Below, one piece after another: positions 11,552-24,517 of a DNA stretch of 64,000 nucleotides. The position numbers and the translations under genes are program-made. This DNA comes from Dipteris shenzhenensis (lineage: Eukaryota). Location: the NCBI GenBank assembly GCA_047967505.1, contig CM106538.1; one strand, given 5' to 3'. Each line of letters begins with the position of its first letter. The stretch's first letter is position 1. Under the pieces are notes generated by a model. The model was not told where the DNA came from and searched no databases. It saw nothing but the letters and a program-made list of their open reading frames with translations.

Positions 11552-14500
11552 TGAACAAATATGGAGAGAGGAGAGAGAAGAGTGGGGATGAGGAGAGAGG
11601 ACACAACTAGAGAACACACCACAAACGACTAGCTCTACACTAGATTTAGTCGAAAATAATGAATATATATAAACCCCTTTAGGGTTAGGGTTAGGGTTAG
11701 GGTTAGGGTTAGGGTTTCCAACCCTTATGCCTTTTAGCACTCTATTAGTTCTATGCACATATGATAACACATGATGGTGAGATAAATCCTCAACATCTTC
11801 CCTTAAGATCAACATCATGAAGTAGGCCTTCCCTCAAGGTAATGATTGAAGGACTGAATATTGCATTCCATCACACCCCTTTAATGGGAATGTCCTTCCT
11901 CTGTGATAAACCAAGAGCTTGTCACTATTTCTTAAAAAGCTCTTTCCCAAGTGGTTTGGTAAAGATATGTGCAACATTCTCTTTGCTGTCATAATGTTGC
12001 AATGTGTTGTCACCAAATAACACTCTTTCTTTGATGAAGTGCTCTCTAACATAAACATGCTCTATCCTAGAGTGATATAATGGATTCTTGGCTAATGCTT
12101 GAACCAAGTATATTGTTGTCGGCTTTGACTCATTAAAGTAATATGTTTGTGACAATAGTCTTCTTCACCATAGAGCCTCACATGCACTTGTTGTGAGTGC
12201 CCTATACTCTATTTTTGCTGAAGAAAAAGAAATAGTTGGCTAGTTGATATAGCACCTTTAAAAGGGAAAAACGCATATTATTGTGTGGATCTTCGAGTCT
12301 CATGATCTCCTGCGTAGTCACCGTCACAGTATTCATGTATCCTTGGATGACTTCCTCTGTATACAATTCCAAACTGTCTTGTACCTCTGATGGATCTCCA
12401 GACTCTTTTGGCTGCATTCCAATGAGACTATTTTGGATTTTCCATAAACTATGCAAGTGGACTTACTGCATAAAAGATATCAGGCCTAGTGATAGTCAGG
12501 TATATAAGAGATCCGATGAGCTACCTGTAGTGACTGTAGGCTTTTCTAGATCTTTTGTAAGTTCCAAACTCTATTCCAGGGGAGTGGCTACAATTTTGCA
12601 ATCTTCCATATGAAACTTCTTAAGAAACTATGCACATATTTCTATTGGCTCATGAGGGTGTTGTCTGAGTCTCTCTGGAAACTCAATTCCAAGGCAATAG
12701 TGCATAAGTCCAAGATCTTTCATGTTAAACTCTACAGATAAGTCTTGTTTCAACTTGTTGATGAAGCTTTCATTGCCTCTTGTCACAATCAGATCATCTA
12801 CATACAAAAGTGCAATAGTAATGTTTTTCCCTTGAACTTTGTAGTAGAGAGTATGAATTGCATTGGACTTCATGTATCCCATATTAGAAAAATACTTGTT
12901 TATTTTGCTATACCAACTTCTAGGTGCTTGCTTTAAGCCATAGAGACTGTTCTTGAGATGGCAAACCTGATGCCCTTTCCTTGGTTTAACATACCCTATT
13001 GTTGTTGCATGTAGACTTCCTCATCTAGGTAACCATTTAGAAAAGCATTCTTGACATCTAGCTAGCACACATTCCATCTGTTGTCTGCTGAGTGTGGCTA
13101 GTTAGATCAAGAACCGTATGGAATCCATCTTTGCTACAGGAGCATAAGTCTAATCATAATCTTGACCATGTTGTAGTGTAAAACCTTTTGCAACTAGTAT
13201 GGCTTTGTATCTTTCAATTCTTCCATTTGGATTGTACACTTTGTAAACCATTTGTTTGCAATGGCATTCTTTCTTGGTGGAAGGTCATATAAATTTCAAG
13301 AGTTGTTTTTCTAAAAAGCTTCCATTTCTTCACTCATAGTAGTTTTCCATTCTGCCTTTTCATCTGCATCCTCGAAGTACACTGGCTCTTCTATAGCTAT
13401 GATAGTAGTCATAAGAGCATAATTGGTGGTTTCAATCTAAATTGCTTTGCCTTTCTAAGCACATGTCAATCTAGCTGGTGGTTTTCATTCTCTGGTAGAC
13501 CATCTGAGTTGATGCTCTTCTAGAGGGCTCTCTGGCAATTCTTACTCTTCTATAGCTGACTAAGTAATCAGTGTGAGCACCTCTTGTGTATTTGATGTTT
13601 TCCAATCTGATTCTTCGTCAATTATTGCATCTCCAGAGATTATGACCTTTCAGTTGATGGGATCATACAACTTGTATGCTTTGCTCTCTTCACAATTGCC
13701 AATCATGATGTATTTATGTGATTTCATATCCAACTTGCTACGGGATGATCATCATGTATGAGGGCATATGCTATGCAACCACATATGTGGAGATGCCCAA
13801 TTCATGGCTTGTTTCCAATGAATGCCTCATAAGGTGTCATACCCTGAATCGGTTCAGTTGGAAGCTGAAAGTAGTTTGCAATGGCAATTGCTTTTGCCGA
13901 ATACTGATTCAAAAGATGCTTCTCACTGAGCATTTCTCTTGCACTGTCTGCTAAAGTCCCATTCTTTTTTTCAACTATTGCATTTTGCTAAGGAGTATGT
14001 GCACATGAATTGTCTTTGAATGCCATTACTTCTACAAAAGTTCATGAATGCTAAAGACATATATTCATCTCCTCTATCTGATCTCATGACTTTGATCTTT
14101 CTACATGTCTAGTTCTCTACCATAGCTTTGAATTCTTGAAATCTAGAAAAGACTTCACAATTCTCTTTTAGAAAATAGACCCAACAATATCTGATGTAGT
14201 CGTCAATGAAAGTCAAGTAGTACAATGAACCATTAAACCATACATCTGTATGAATCAAGTCAAGAATACCTCTTTCTCAAGAGGTGCTTCTACCAAAATT
14301 GGTTCTCTTTTGTTTACCAAAGCAACATGCTTCGGAAACTTTTCCAAGAAATTGAAGTTTCAGAATGCCAAGTGTCATATTTTAGTTTCTCAATTGCATC
14401 AAGATTTTGAAATTAACATGTCCATATCTCTTATGCCATACTGTGGAAAGTGACATTGATTGTTGCCAAGTGGACATGGCATGAAAATTTGGTACTAAAG

Positions 14501-16990
14501 GTACATTCTGAATAAGCATCTACTTTTCCCACTAGCTAATATTCATTGGATTTATCCCTAATGGTGCATTCATCCCCATTGAAGATGACTTAGTAGTTGT
14601 GTTCTGTCATTTGCCCAACTGACAAGAGGTTCTTGCTAGGCTTTGGAACATAGAGTACATCTTTCTTCATACCAATGAAATTTTTCATAAGGACTATGCC
14701 TTTCCCTTGAACTGGATTAGGTGTGTTATCTACAGTGTAAATAATGTGCTTCGATCCTTGTAATGGTTTCATCTTTGTGAACCATTCCTAATGCTTTGTC
14801 ATGTGCGATGATGCAACACTGTCTATGTACCAAGGATCTTGATCAGTATGGTTGACTTGATAGCTGCATTCCTCCTTGGAATTGCAATCAATATCAATGT
14901 ACAATGTGTCATTCTTATGCATATCCTTACTTGCAATGTACATAGTGTTAGGCTGATTAGCTTAGTGACTGTGACTTGAATGTATACCATTTTCTCTTCC
15001 ATGAAAATCCCCTCTAGTGTTTGCTACTAGATTGACCTCCTCGGTCATACTGCTTCTTGCTGCAATCTCTTTCATAGTAGTTGCATTGAATATTTGACAT
15101 GTTGGTGGATGCATTTCCTCATCCTTGAAATCTTTCTTGATTGGAAAGATTTCTTCTTGATGCTGCTACAAATCTCCCTTGATTGGAAAGATTTCCTATT
15201 GGATGTTGCTACAAATGTTGATGCTGCTATTGATGCTGATTTTGATGCTGATGATAACGACTTCTCTAAGATGCTCTACCTCTACCTTTGCCTCTGCCTC
15301 TGCTTCCACGTTTGTCTAAAGCTGTGAATGCTTGATCATTGGAATGACCTTTCTGTGCTTGAATGGCTTGAGTCCTTAGTTCTTTACCAAGTAACACTGA
15401 ATGTAACTCTTCCACTGTTGGAATTTTCCTCTGAATGGCAATATTCCACCCTAGAGTCTCGTATCCCTCTCCTAGTCCATTCAAGATGACTTGAACGATC
15501 TCTATGGGATTTCTCTCTTGCTACTACAAGTTGATTGTCATAATCCTTGATTCTTAGTAGGTAAGCATGACCAATTTCATTGCTTTTGCACAGAAAATCT
15601 GGTTGATCTGGTTTCTCGATGTGAGAATTTTGATGTGATCTTAGACATAAACAGCTCTATGAAAATATCCCATGATTCTTTAGATGTCTTCACTATGTGG
15701 AGCTGTCCAAGCATGACATCTTGCAGGTTTTGCTTAATCAAATTATATGCATATTTGTCTTTCTTGTCCCATGCTACCTATGCTCAGATAATGGCATCAT
15801 ATATTGCAGGTGTGGACACCGTTCGTGTAGACCCTTCTACTTGTGCTGTGTTGGTGTGGACATCATTGGTGTAGGTGTAGACCCTTCTGCTTATGCTGCA
15901 ACAATGGTGGGAATTGTTGCTAGTACAGATGGTCAAGGCATAGACCCATCAACACACTCCCTTTTACTAGTCAATATTTCCATGTGCCATAATTGGAGTT
16001 GTCCAACTTAGTAGATGCCTCCAAATTTAGGTTGCTAGTCGTAGTGATGATTCATGAAATGTACTCAAAGTGCTTGTGAAAAAACACTATCTAAATCAAT
16101 TGCAATCTGAACTATTGATGAAGATAGCTAGGCTTGTGTGGCAAATGATGCCGAGAATAGCCAAGAGGATTTACGAGGCTGAAAATAATGTGCACAAATG
16201 CCAAAAAATGGCCTATAAGGCTTTACAATGAAGGCAAGTGAGTGAGAAATCAAATGATGTGCAATGTACCCATTGAACAATATACTAATACCTCTAAATA
16301 CTCTAGAATCTTCTCACTGATGTGTAGATGGTTAGGTTTCAGGACGTGTGATGACATGAAACTACATGTGAGCATAGGGATTGACTTCAAGTAGGAACTA
16401 ATCGGGAATTTTTGGGCATGGCTTTGATTGGCTGCTTTGGAGTTATCTCTTCTATGGATGAACTAATCTACTCTAATCTAGAGCTAGACCAACCATCGAG
16501 CAATGAAAAGAAGTAAAAATTTTATTTTCCTTTTGTTCCTTTTAGGTGCAGGATCAAATGCATCGATGTAGAGGATTGAATGTGTGCAAGAAGTGGATTT
16601 GGTGATGAGGCTTAAAAATGTGATATAAGCACTAAAAGATGCACATGATGTGACAAGTGCATATAGCATGAAAAAACAAGTGATGGTGTGGCAATCAGAT
16701 TCACATGCATTATGTGCATATGAATAGGTAGGCCGATGGGAGAACTAATGAGGTGTCAAGTGGGTGCACATGAAGTGTGGCCAGTGTGCTTCTAAAGGAG
16801 TAATTATGTCTAGGTGGCACTGTGCCATGTGGCACTATTGAGGTGATAGGATGACATGTCAATTGACGTGGCAAGAGGATATGACACAAGTGACATGGCA
16901 TGATCATGTGGTAACTGACATGGTAAAGATGACATGGTAGTTTGATCGGTCAATGATGATGTGTTAGTGTGACATGGCACTATGCTGACT
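11552..16990 (-). mobile_element. Ty1/copia retrotransposon, heavily decayed; 3' LTR present, 5' LTR not found
   Basis: Minus strand: gag (LDNSNYGTWKY; NGLGEGYETL..PTVEELHSVLL), protease (WYIDSVASSHMT, DVLYVPKPSKNLLSVGQ), integrase, RT (LLYVDDLIVT, FNMKDLGLMHYCLGIE), RNase H (LAKNPLYHSRIEH). PPT AAGGGAAGA followed by TGTTG at 11795; putative LTR 11795-11552. Upstream limit approximate. Confidence 0.88.
11678..11717 (+). repeat. Interstitial telomere-like tract TTTAGGG(TTAGGG)5TTT
   Basis: Read directly; six TTAGGG units at 11679-11714. Confidence 0.95.
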
Positions 16991-17555
16991 TAGTTAAGTA
17001 AATCTTTCAATTTGCATGTAAAGTGGAAGTCCCCTATGCAAGTCGCTCTTACATTGAGCACCACTTTCAATCCCTAATCACTTCTCTTTGTACCCATTAT
17101 GCACTCCGCATTTCATAATTTTTCATTAGTAATGAGGAGGATATGGCCCCCAAAAGATGATCCGAAATCTAGGTGGGCCTCCACATTGCTAGTATGCACC
17201 CCCCTTATCCTATCCAAAGGGGCAAAGGAAAGAAAAGTATCTTTGTAAAGTATATGGCAAGCAAAATAGAGCTAAATTTGTCTAATCAATGAGTTGCTAT
17301 CCAAGTTTAAGGACAAGTTCAATAGGATAGTAAACTTCAAGAAAAACTCATAGAGATGCATTTGGTGTGTGTGAAACCTTTCCTTCTATCAGCAAAAACT
17401 ATTGAAACGTATAGGAAGTGGTCTAGGTGGCAACACAATTCTTCAATCTTATTGCTTTTGTGTCAGGATTTCTTGATAATTGTATGGTGAACTTGTGAAT
17501 ATCCGGATAAGCCTTGTCTTTTGAGTGGACAAATACTCTTTTTTGACAGTGTGCT

Positions 17556-19817
17556 TGTTAAGCTACTAGCAATCCCCAATTTTTAGGGGAAACATACCAG
17601 TTTGCAGGCCAGCCAAAAGGTCAGCCAGCAGGGGTCTGGCCGGCCAGCACTGGCCGACCAGCTAGGTTAGGCCTATAAAGGCACTAGCCCCCCACACTCT
17701 CACTGACAGGACAGGACGTACAGCTGCTCCTCACCTCCTCCATCCTTTGCTACAGCCCCTCTTGCTCCAGATCTACTCCATATCTGCTCCTCTGCTCCAG
17801 ATCTGTTCCTTTGCTCCAGATTTGCTCCTTCTACTCAGATCTGCCCCCTTTGCTCCAGATCTGCCCCTTTTGCTCTAGATCTGCTCTTCTGCCCCAGATC
17901 TGCTCCTTTTCTTCATCATGTTGCTATTCTAGATAGCCTGAAGGTTCCTTCCTCAGAGCATGCTGGTTTTTCAGCCATTTCCTAGGGCAGCTCCAGCCCT
18001 TCTTCATCTTCATCATCATCGAGCTACATGGAGGACTGCGTTTCCTCCCTCTGCTGCTATCTTTTCTATTGTTTCTCTACATGGAATCATCTTTTTGATT
18101 CACCTCAGCCATGGTCCTTGAGACACGATGGCTTGAGGTTCTTGTATTCAGTTTTTCATATTACCAACAGGCACTATGTTTCCTGAGTTCCGTTCTTTAG
18201 TTGTGTCTGAGTATTGTCTATTTTTGATTACTCCACTGCAAACCCTATCGTTTATCTATATGGTATCAGAGCCATGGTGATCTAAAGACCCCATATTTCT
18301 GGTGATCTAAAGATCCTGCTTCTTTAAGGAGGCCATAGGTACGGGGAGTATCACTCCTGTGAACATATCAGTTTCCTCTTCATTCCACTGTGCACTAAGG
18401 GAGAGAACTCCATCCCTCCCTCTTTTAGAACTCCATATTCTACTCCCATCCCTCCCTCCCTTTCTTACCTCCATCTTCTACACCCATCCCTCCCTCCCTT
18501 TTTGGTTTCAGGCTTGACACTTCCCATTCCTTCGAACAAGGAGGTCATGATCCTTCACCTCTACTAGATCTCCATCGACATCGACTTCCAGGATCTACAA
18601 GTTCTCCCTAGGTGGGACCCTTTCTGTTCAAATGTGTCTTGATGACTGTTGTTTCGAATCTTGTCTAGCATGGAGGTGGGGTAGACTCCTCTCTCCCGAG
18701 ATCCAAGATCGGGCACACACTGGCTCACTGTTCAGCTACGACCTCTTCCTTTGGCAGAATCCCACCATCTCTAGATTATCAGTGCTACTACGACATATTT
18801 GTTCTTTACCTTTGCTTTTCCCTCCACCTTTCAGCGGTGAGAGGGGGTGGCTTATTCTCTCAAGCTTCACAGTGTTCTTATTTTTGCTGATCATACGTGT
18901 AACTCAGGCACTTGAGGAAGTGAACAATTCCCTTGCAAGGGCACTCCTCTTGTGATCATCTCTTGGGCATTTCACAGGGATAGCCACCACCACCGTCGAC
19001 ATTCCTACACGAAGCTCCAAGCACACAATGTCTGCCACTCTAAATTGGCAATTGAGAGGGGGTGTTAAGCAACTAGCAATCCCCAATTTCTAGGGCAAAC
19101 ATACCAGTTTGCAAGACAGCCAAAAGGTCAACCAGTAGGGGTTTGGCCGACCAGAACTGGCCGACCAGCTGGCAGGCCCACCGACCGGCTGACTGGCTGG
19201 CCGACCAGCTAGGTCAGGCCTATAAAGGCACTAGCCCCCCACACTCTCACTGACAGGACAGGACTTGCAGCTGCTTCTCACCTCCTCCATCCTTTGCTGT
19301 AGCCCCTCCTGCTCCAGATCTGCTCCTCTGCTTCAGATCTGCTCCTCTGCTCCAGATCTGCTCCTCTACTCCAAATTTGCCCCTTTTGCTCCAGATCTGC
19401 CCCCTTTGCTCCAGATCTGCCCCTTCTGCTCTAGACCTGCTCTTCTGCCCCAGATCTGCTCCTTTTCTTCATCATGTTGCTATTCCAGATAGCCTGAAGC
19501 TTCCTTCCTCATAGCATGCTGGTTTTTCAACCATTTCCTAGGGCAGCTCTAGCCCTTCTTCATCTTTGTCATCATCGAGCTACATGGAGGACTGCGTTTC
19601 GCTCCCTCTACTGCCATCTTTTCTATTGTTTCTCTACATGGAATCATCTTTCTAATTCACCTCAGCCATGGTCCTTGAGACTCGATGGCTTGAGGTTCTT
19701 GTATTCAGTTTTTCATATTACCAACAGGCACTATGTTTTTTGAGTTCCATTCTTCAGTTGTGTCTGAGTATTGTCTATTTTTTATCGCTCCACTGCAAAC
19801 CCTATCATTTCTCTATA
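17556..19817 (+). mobile_element. Non-autonomous, non-coding LTR retrotransposon (TRIM/LARD-like)
   Basis: LTRs 17556-18260 and 19063-19817; perfect TSD GTGCT (17551-17555/19818-19822); PBS TGGTATCAGAGC 18261-18272; PPT GAGAGGGGG 19054-19062; ~800-bp internal region with no recognisable gag/pol. Confidence 0.93.
17763..17910 (+). repeat. ~19-20-bp minisatellite (TGCTCCAGATCTGCYCCYY) within the 5' LTR; counterpart at ~19310-19468
   Basis: About 7-8 degenerate units visible in each LTR. Confidence 0.85.
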
Positions 19818-20046
19818 GTGCTAACCCTTCAAAGAGTAACAATTTGTGAAATGAAAGTGCATGAAAATTTTCCCAAGCTGAATGAGGTGGAAAAGAAGCA
19901 TGGGATTCAAAACGTTACATTCCAAGGAAATTATGTGCACAAATGAACGTGTATAGGCATGTTTAGGTGACATGGGGTTAGCTGTTATGCAAAGTGCAAG
20001 GAATCCTTCTTATGTGAAAGGGCGGAATATTTTTTTAGGCCCAAGC

Positions 20047-23000
20047 TGTGGGGGTTAAAGGTCACTGTGCCTTAACCCCAGTTATGTACAATACTCAAAC
20101 ACATATATAAATGAATGAAAAAGAAGATTAGGGTGGTTCTGCACCCACTAAAACTTGTGTAGCTCTTTGTCTCTCTCTCTCCTTCTTCCGTTCTTACTTC
20201 CGTTGAGAGCACTCTCAACTGGTATCAGAGCCCGGGTGATCTAGCTAAGCGTGCGTGAATGCTTGAAGCTTTGTAGCTCTGTGGGAGGAAGGAGAAGCTT
20301 TGTGGGAAGCTTTGTGGGTGATTTTACTTGCATCCGAGTGTGCAGAGACCTTGGAGAAACCTTTGGAAAAGTCACTTTGGCTTTGCGAAGTGGTTTTGAG
20401 AGCCTGTTAAGTCGTTTCAGGGGGAAGTCCCAAGAAAGAGGGAAGTCTCGTAGCAAATCCAAGGCACGGAACATTGAGTGTTACCATTGTGGCAAGAAGG
20501 GCCATATGAAAAAGGATTGCTACAAGCTGAAAAGAGAGCAAAAGGATAAGAAAAAGAATGCAAATTGGGGTGCAAATCAAAAGGAAGAGAGTCCAAGGGA
20601 GGACAAAGGAAAAGTGAAGATCGAGGAGATCAATGCAGTCACACGTGATAGTGACAATGATGTTCTCTTCATGTCTAGTTTATCTGCAGAGTTGCTTACC
20701 ACTTCAGATGATGCATATTCCTAGGATTGGATTTTGGATTCTGGTGCTTCATTCCATGTTACTCCCCATAGGGAATGGTTCTCCACTTATGACAGTGGAA
20801 AGACAGGTTGCGTGCATCTTGGAAATGACTATGCATGTGACATAGTGGGAGCAGGTGACATAAAGTTTTCTTTTGCAAATGGGTCTGCATTTATTTTGAA
20901 ACATGTGAGACATGTGCCTAAGTTGACCAAGAGTCTTATTTCAGTGGGTCAGCTAGATGATGCTGGTTTTCACACCACTTTTGGCTTTCAAAGTTGGAAA
21001 ATTCAGAAGGGCTCTATGCTTTTGGCCAGGGGTGCCAAGTGTGGGACTTTGTATCCCTTACATGTATCAGGGGTATTTGATCATGTTGTTGCAATAACCG
21101 AGCAGCCAAGCACTTCTTTGTGGCGTTGCAGGTTGGGGCACATGAGCCAGAATGGAATAAAACTTTTATGCCGTTTGGGTTATGTACCGCATTTGAGTTT
21201 CTCTGATTTTGAATTTTGTGAGCATTGTCTCTATGGGAAGCAGACTAAATCAGCCCATAAAAGAAGGGGAAAGAAAGAGTTTGAAATGCTTGATTTGGTG
21301 CATTCAGACGTATGTGGTCCCATGCCTACACGGTCATTAGGCGGGGCTGAATACTATGTGACATTCATTGATGATGCAACTAGGAAAGTGTGGGCTTATG
21401 CTATAGCTCGGAAGAGTGATGTGTTCCAGGTATTTCAGAAATGGCTGGCCTTGGTTGAGAATCAGTCAGGTAGAACACTTAAATGCCTACGGACTGACAA
21501 TGGTGGAGAGTATCTCTCTCATGACTTTCAACATTTCTGTGATACATGCGGGATTAAGAGGGAGCTCACATCCCCTCATACTCCAGAGCAAAATCCAGTT
21601 GCAGAAAAGATGAATCGTACCATTCAAGAAAGGTTGCAATGCATGCTTTCCAATGCAAGTCTTTCTGGTGGTTTTTGGGCTGAGGCAATGAAGACTACAC
21701 TGCATGTGATCAATAGATCACCTAGCAAGAGTTTGGATGGTGGTATTCCTGAAGAGGCATGGAGTGGCAAGAAGCCCTCTTACTCTCATTTGCATATATT
21801 TGGGTGTGAGGCATATGCACATGTGCCAAAAGAGCTTCGAAAGAAGCTAGATCCTAAGTCTAGGAAATGCATCTTTCTGGGTTATGGTGAAAGTGGAGAG
21901 ATGGGCTATCATCTCTGGGATCCAGAAGTAAAGAAGATCATACGCAGCCATGATGTGGTCTTCAATGAGAAGAAGATGCATAAGGCACCATGAGATGTGG
22001 AAATGAGGAGAATCACTTTCCAGGATGTGAATCCACCTACATATGTTGATAGACAGCAAGCTGTCCATGCACCAAATGTGCAAGAAATGGTACCACCAAG
22101 TACTCCCACAGGTATACAATCAAGGGTAGATGATGGATCATCTATTAGTGGAAATGATGAGCCAAATGTGGCTGATATGCAGGTGGGACAGCAAGCTGAA
22201 ATGCCCTTGAGAAGATCATCTAGAGTGTCTAGACCACCTGATAGGTTTGTTCCAGGGGTAGACTATGTGATGCTTACTGATTGCAGGGAGCCTTCTTGCT
22301 ACAGAGAGGCTATGATGCGTGAGGATAAATGCAAGTGGGAGTATGCTATGCAATCAGAGATGAGTTCACTTATGAAGAATAAGACTTGGGACTTGGTTTC
22401 TTTGCCACATGGAAAGAAAGCATTGCCATGTAAATGGGTCTACAAAATGAAGGTCACAGTGATGATGTGCCTAGGTACAAGGCCCGTTTGGTTGCTAAAG
22501 GGTTCAAGCAAGAGAAGGGTGTGGACTTTGATGAGATATTCTCTCCGGTTGTGAAGATGACCACACTTAAATGCATGCTTGGAATAGTGGCAGTAGAGGA
22601 TATGGAGCTTATGCAAATGGATGTCAAGACAGCTTTCTTGCATGGGGATTTGCATGAGGAAATTTACATGGTGCAGCCGGAAGGCTTTGAAGAAAAGGGC
22701 AAAGAGCATTTAGTTTGCAAGCTGAAGAAGAGTCTCTATGGTCTTAAGCAAGCCCCTAGAGAATGGTATCAGAAGTTTGATGCTTTCATTCGGTCCCAAG
22801 GTTTTAGAAGGAGTGAAATTGATCACTGCCTCTACACTAAAAGGGCTAAGGATAATAGCCTAATAATCCTGGCACTATATGTGGATGATATGCTATTGGC
22901 TAGCAAGAATACTTATGAGCTAGATGCATTAAAGGCCAAGTTGCATGAGGCCTTTGATATGAAGGATTTGGGATTTGCAGGTCATATTCTTGGTATGCGC

Positions 23001-24061
23001 ATCACGCGTGATCAGAGTAGGAAACTCCTCTGGCTTTCACAAAAAGAGCATTTTACCAAAGTATTGCAGCGTTTCAATATGGAGGGGGGGAAGGCAGTGA
23101 GTACTCCATTGCCTCCATATGTGAAACTGAGTCATACAGATAGTCCCAAATCAGATGAGGAGAGGGCCATGATGGCCAAGGTTCCTTATGCATCAGCAGT
23201 TGGGAGTCTTATGTATGCTATGATAGCTACTAGACTAGACATTGCATTTGCAGTGGGAGTTGTTAGCCGGTATATGGCTAATCCAGGAAAGAGGCATTGG
23301 GAGGCAGTTAAGTGCATCATGAGGTACATGAAGGGTACCAAGGAGATGTGCATTTGCTTTGGTAAAGGAGACATGCGTGTACTTGGGTACACAGATTCAG
23401 ACTATGCAGGGCATGTGGATAGTAGGAGATCCACTTCTGGTTATGTGTTCACCTTTGCAGGTGGTGCAGTGTCATGGATGTCTCGTGCACAGAAGTGCGT
23501 GGCTTTGTCTACCACTGAGGCTGAGTATGTTGCAGCCACAGAGGATTGCAAGGAGGCTATATGGCTTGATCGGCTAGTGGAAGATTTGGGGATTCATACA
23601 GGTGTACCGACATTGCATAGTGATTCCATGAGTGCTATTCAGCTAGCACGGAATCCGGTCTTTCATGTAAAGACCAAACACATTGAGGTCAGGTACCATT
23701 TCATCAGCGAGGTACTTGAGGACAAGCGCATAGAGCTTGTCAAGGTTCATACAGATCATAACCCTGTAGATATGCTGACGAAGAGTCTACCTAGTCAGCG
23801 GTTTGAGTGTTGTCATGTATTGATGGGCATTGGATAGTATGCTCACTGGTTGTTCTCCCTTAAAGGCACATTGTCCTTTAAGTGGGAGGTTGTGGGGGTT
23901 AAAGGTCACTGTGCCTTAACCCTAGTTATGTACAATACTCAAACACATATATAAATGAATGAAAAAGAAGATTAGGGTGGTTCTGCACCCACCAAAACTT
24001 GTGTAGCTCTTTGTCTCTCTCTCTCCTTCTTCCGTTCTTGCTTCTGTTGAGAGCACTCTCA
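20047..24061 (+). mobile_element. Ty1/copia (Tork/Tnt1-like) retrotransposon, young, most of gag deleted
   Basis: 171-bp LTRs 20047-20217 and 23891-24061 with 4 mismatches; perfect TSD CAAGC (20042-20046/24062-24066); PBS 20220-20231; PPT AAGTGGGAGGT before 23891. Confidence 0.97.
20418..23837 (+). pseudogene. Copia polyprotein remnant: zinc knuckle-protease-integrase-RT-RNase H
   Basis: CYHCGKKGHMKKDC; WILDSGASFH; DLVHSDVCGP, FIDD, RTDNGGEY; ARLVAKGF, YVDDML; DSDYAG, STTEAEYVA. Stops at 20722-20724 and 21991-21993, and a frameshift near 22455. Confidence 0.95.
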
Positions 24062-24445
24062 CAAGCTTGGCAAAGATCTTAAAAAGGGTTGCATTGGGAA
24101 GGATGATGCAAAGATCTAGAAAAGGGTTACATTAGGAAGGATGGTGCTACATTTGTTAATATTACTGATGATGTGAAGTTATCTACCTCTCTCTATTTTT
24201 CAAGCATTCTTGAGTGGTGACAACATAGGCAAAGCAACAAAAAGGCCACCTTACTATCCCATTGTCTAGACATGGATACTTTGCACATGCAAGGGGAAAA
24301 TAGCGTAAACCCTCGATACAGTCTAGTAACACTGGTAGTTGGCCACTAGAATGATGGAGACATGCCTAAGTAGAACAATATGGGCAATCAAACATAAGAG
24401 TAGGGTGCTACTTATTACTAGAAATTGAGATAAACGGACAATACC

Positions 24446-24517
24446 ATGCAATCTATGTAGCTTCATTATGTAGACTTGTCAATGCAATCTATGTAGCTTA
24501 ATTATGTAGACTTGTCA
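24446..24517 (+). repeat. 36-bp tandem duplication
   Basis: ATGCAATCTATGTAGCTTMATTATGTAGACTTGTCA x2, 1 mismatch. Confidence 0.9.

Noticed and set aside
11678-11717. True telomere or chromosome fusion point
   Set aside because: Only ~40 bp, in a single orientation, and embedded in an LTR
17763-19468. CRISPR-like array
   Set aside because: Units are head-to-tail without unique spacers, lie within LTRs of a plant retroelement, and there are no cas genes
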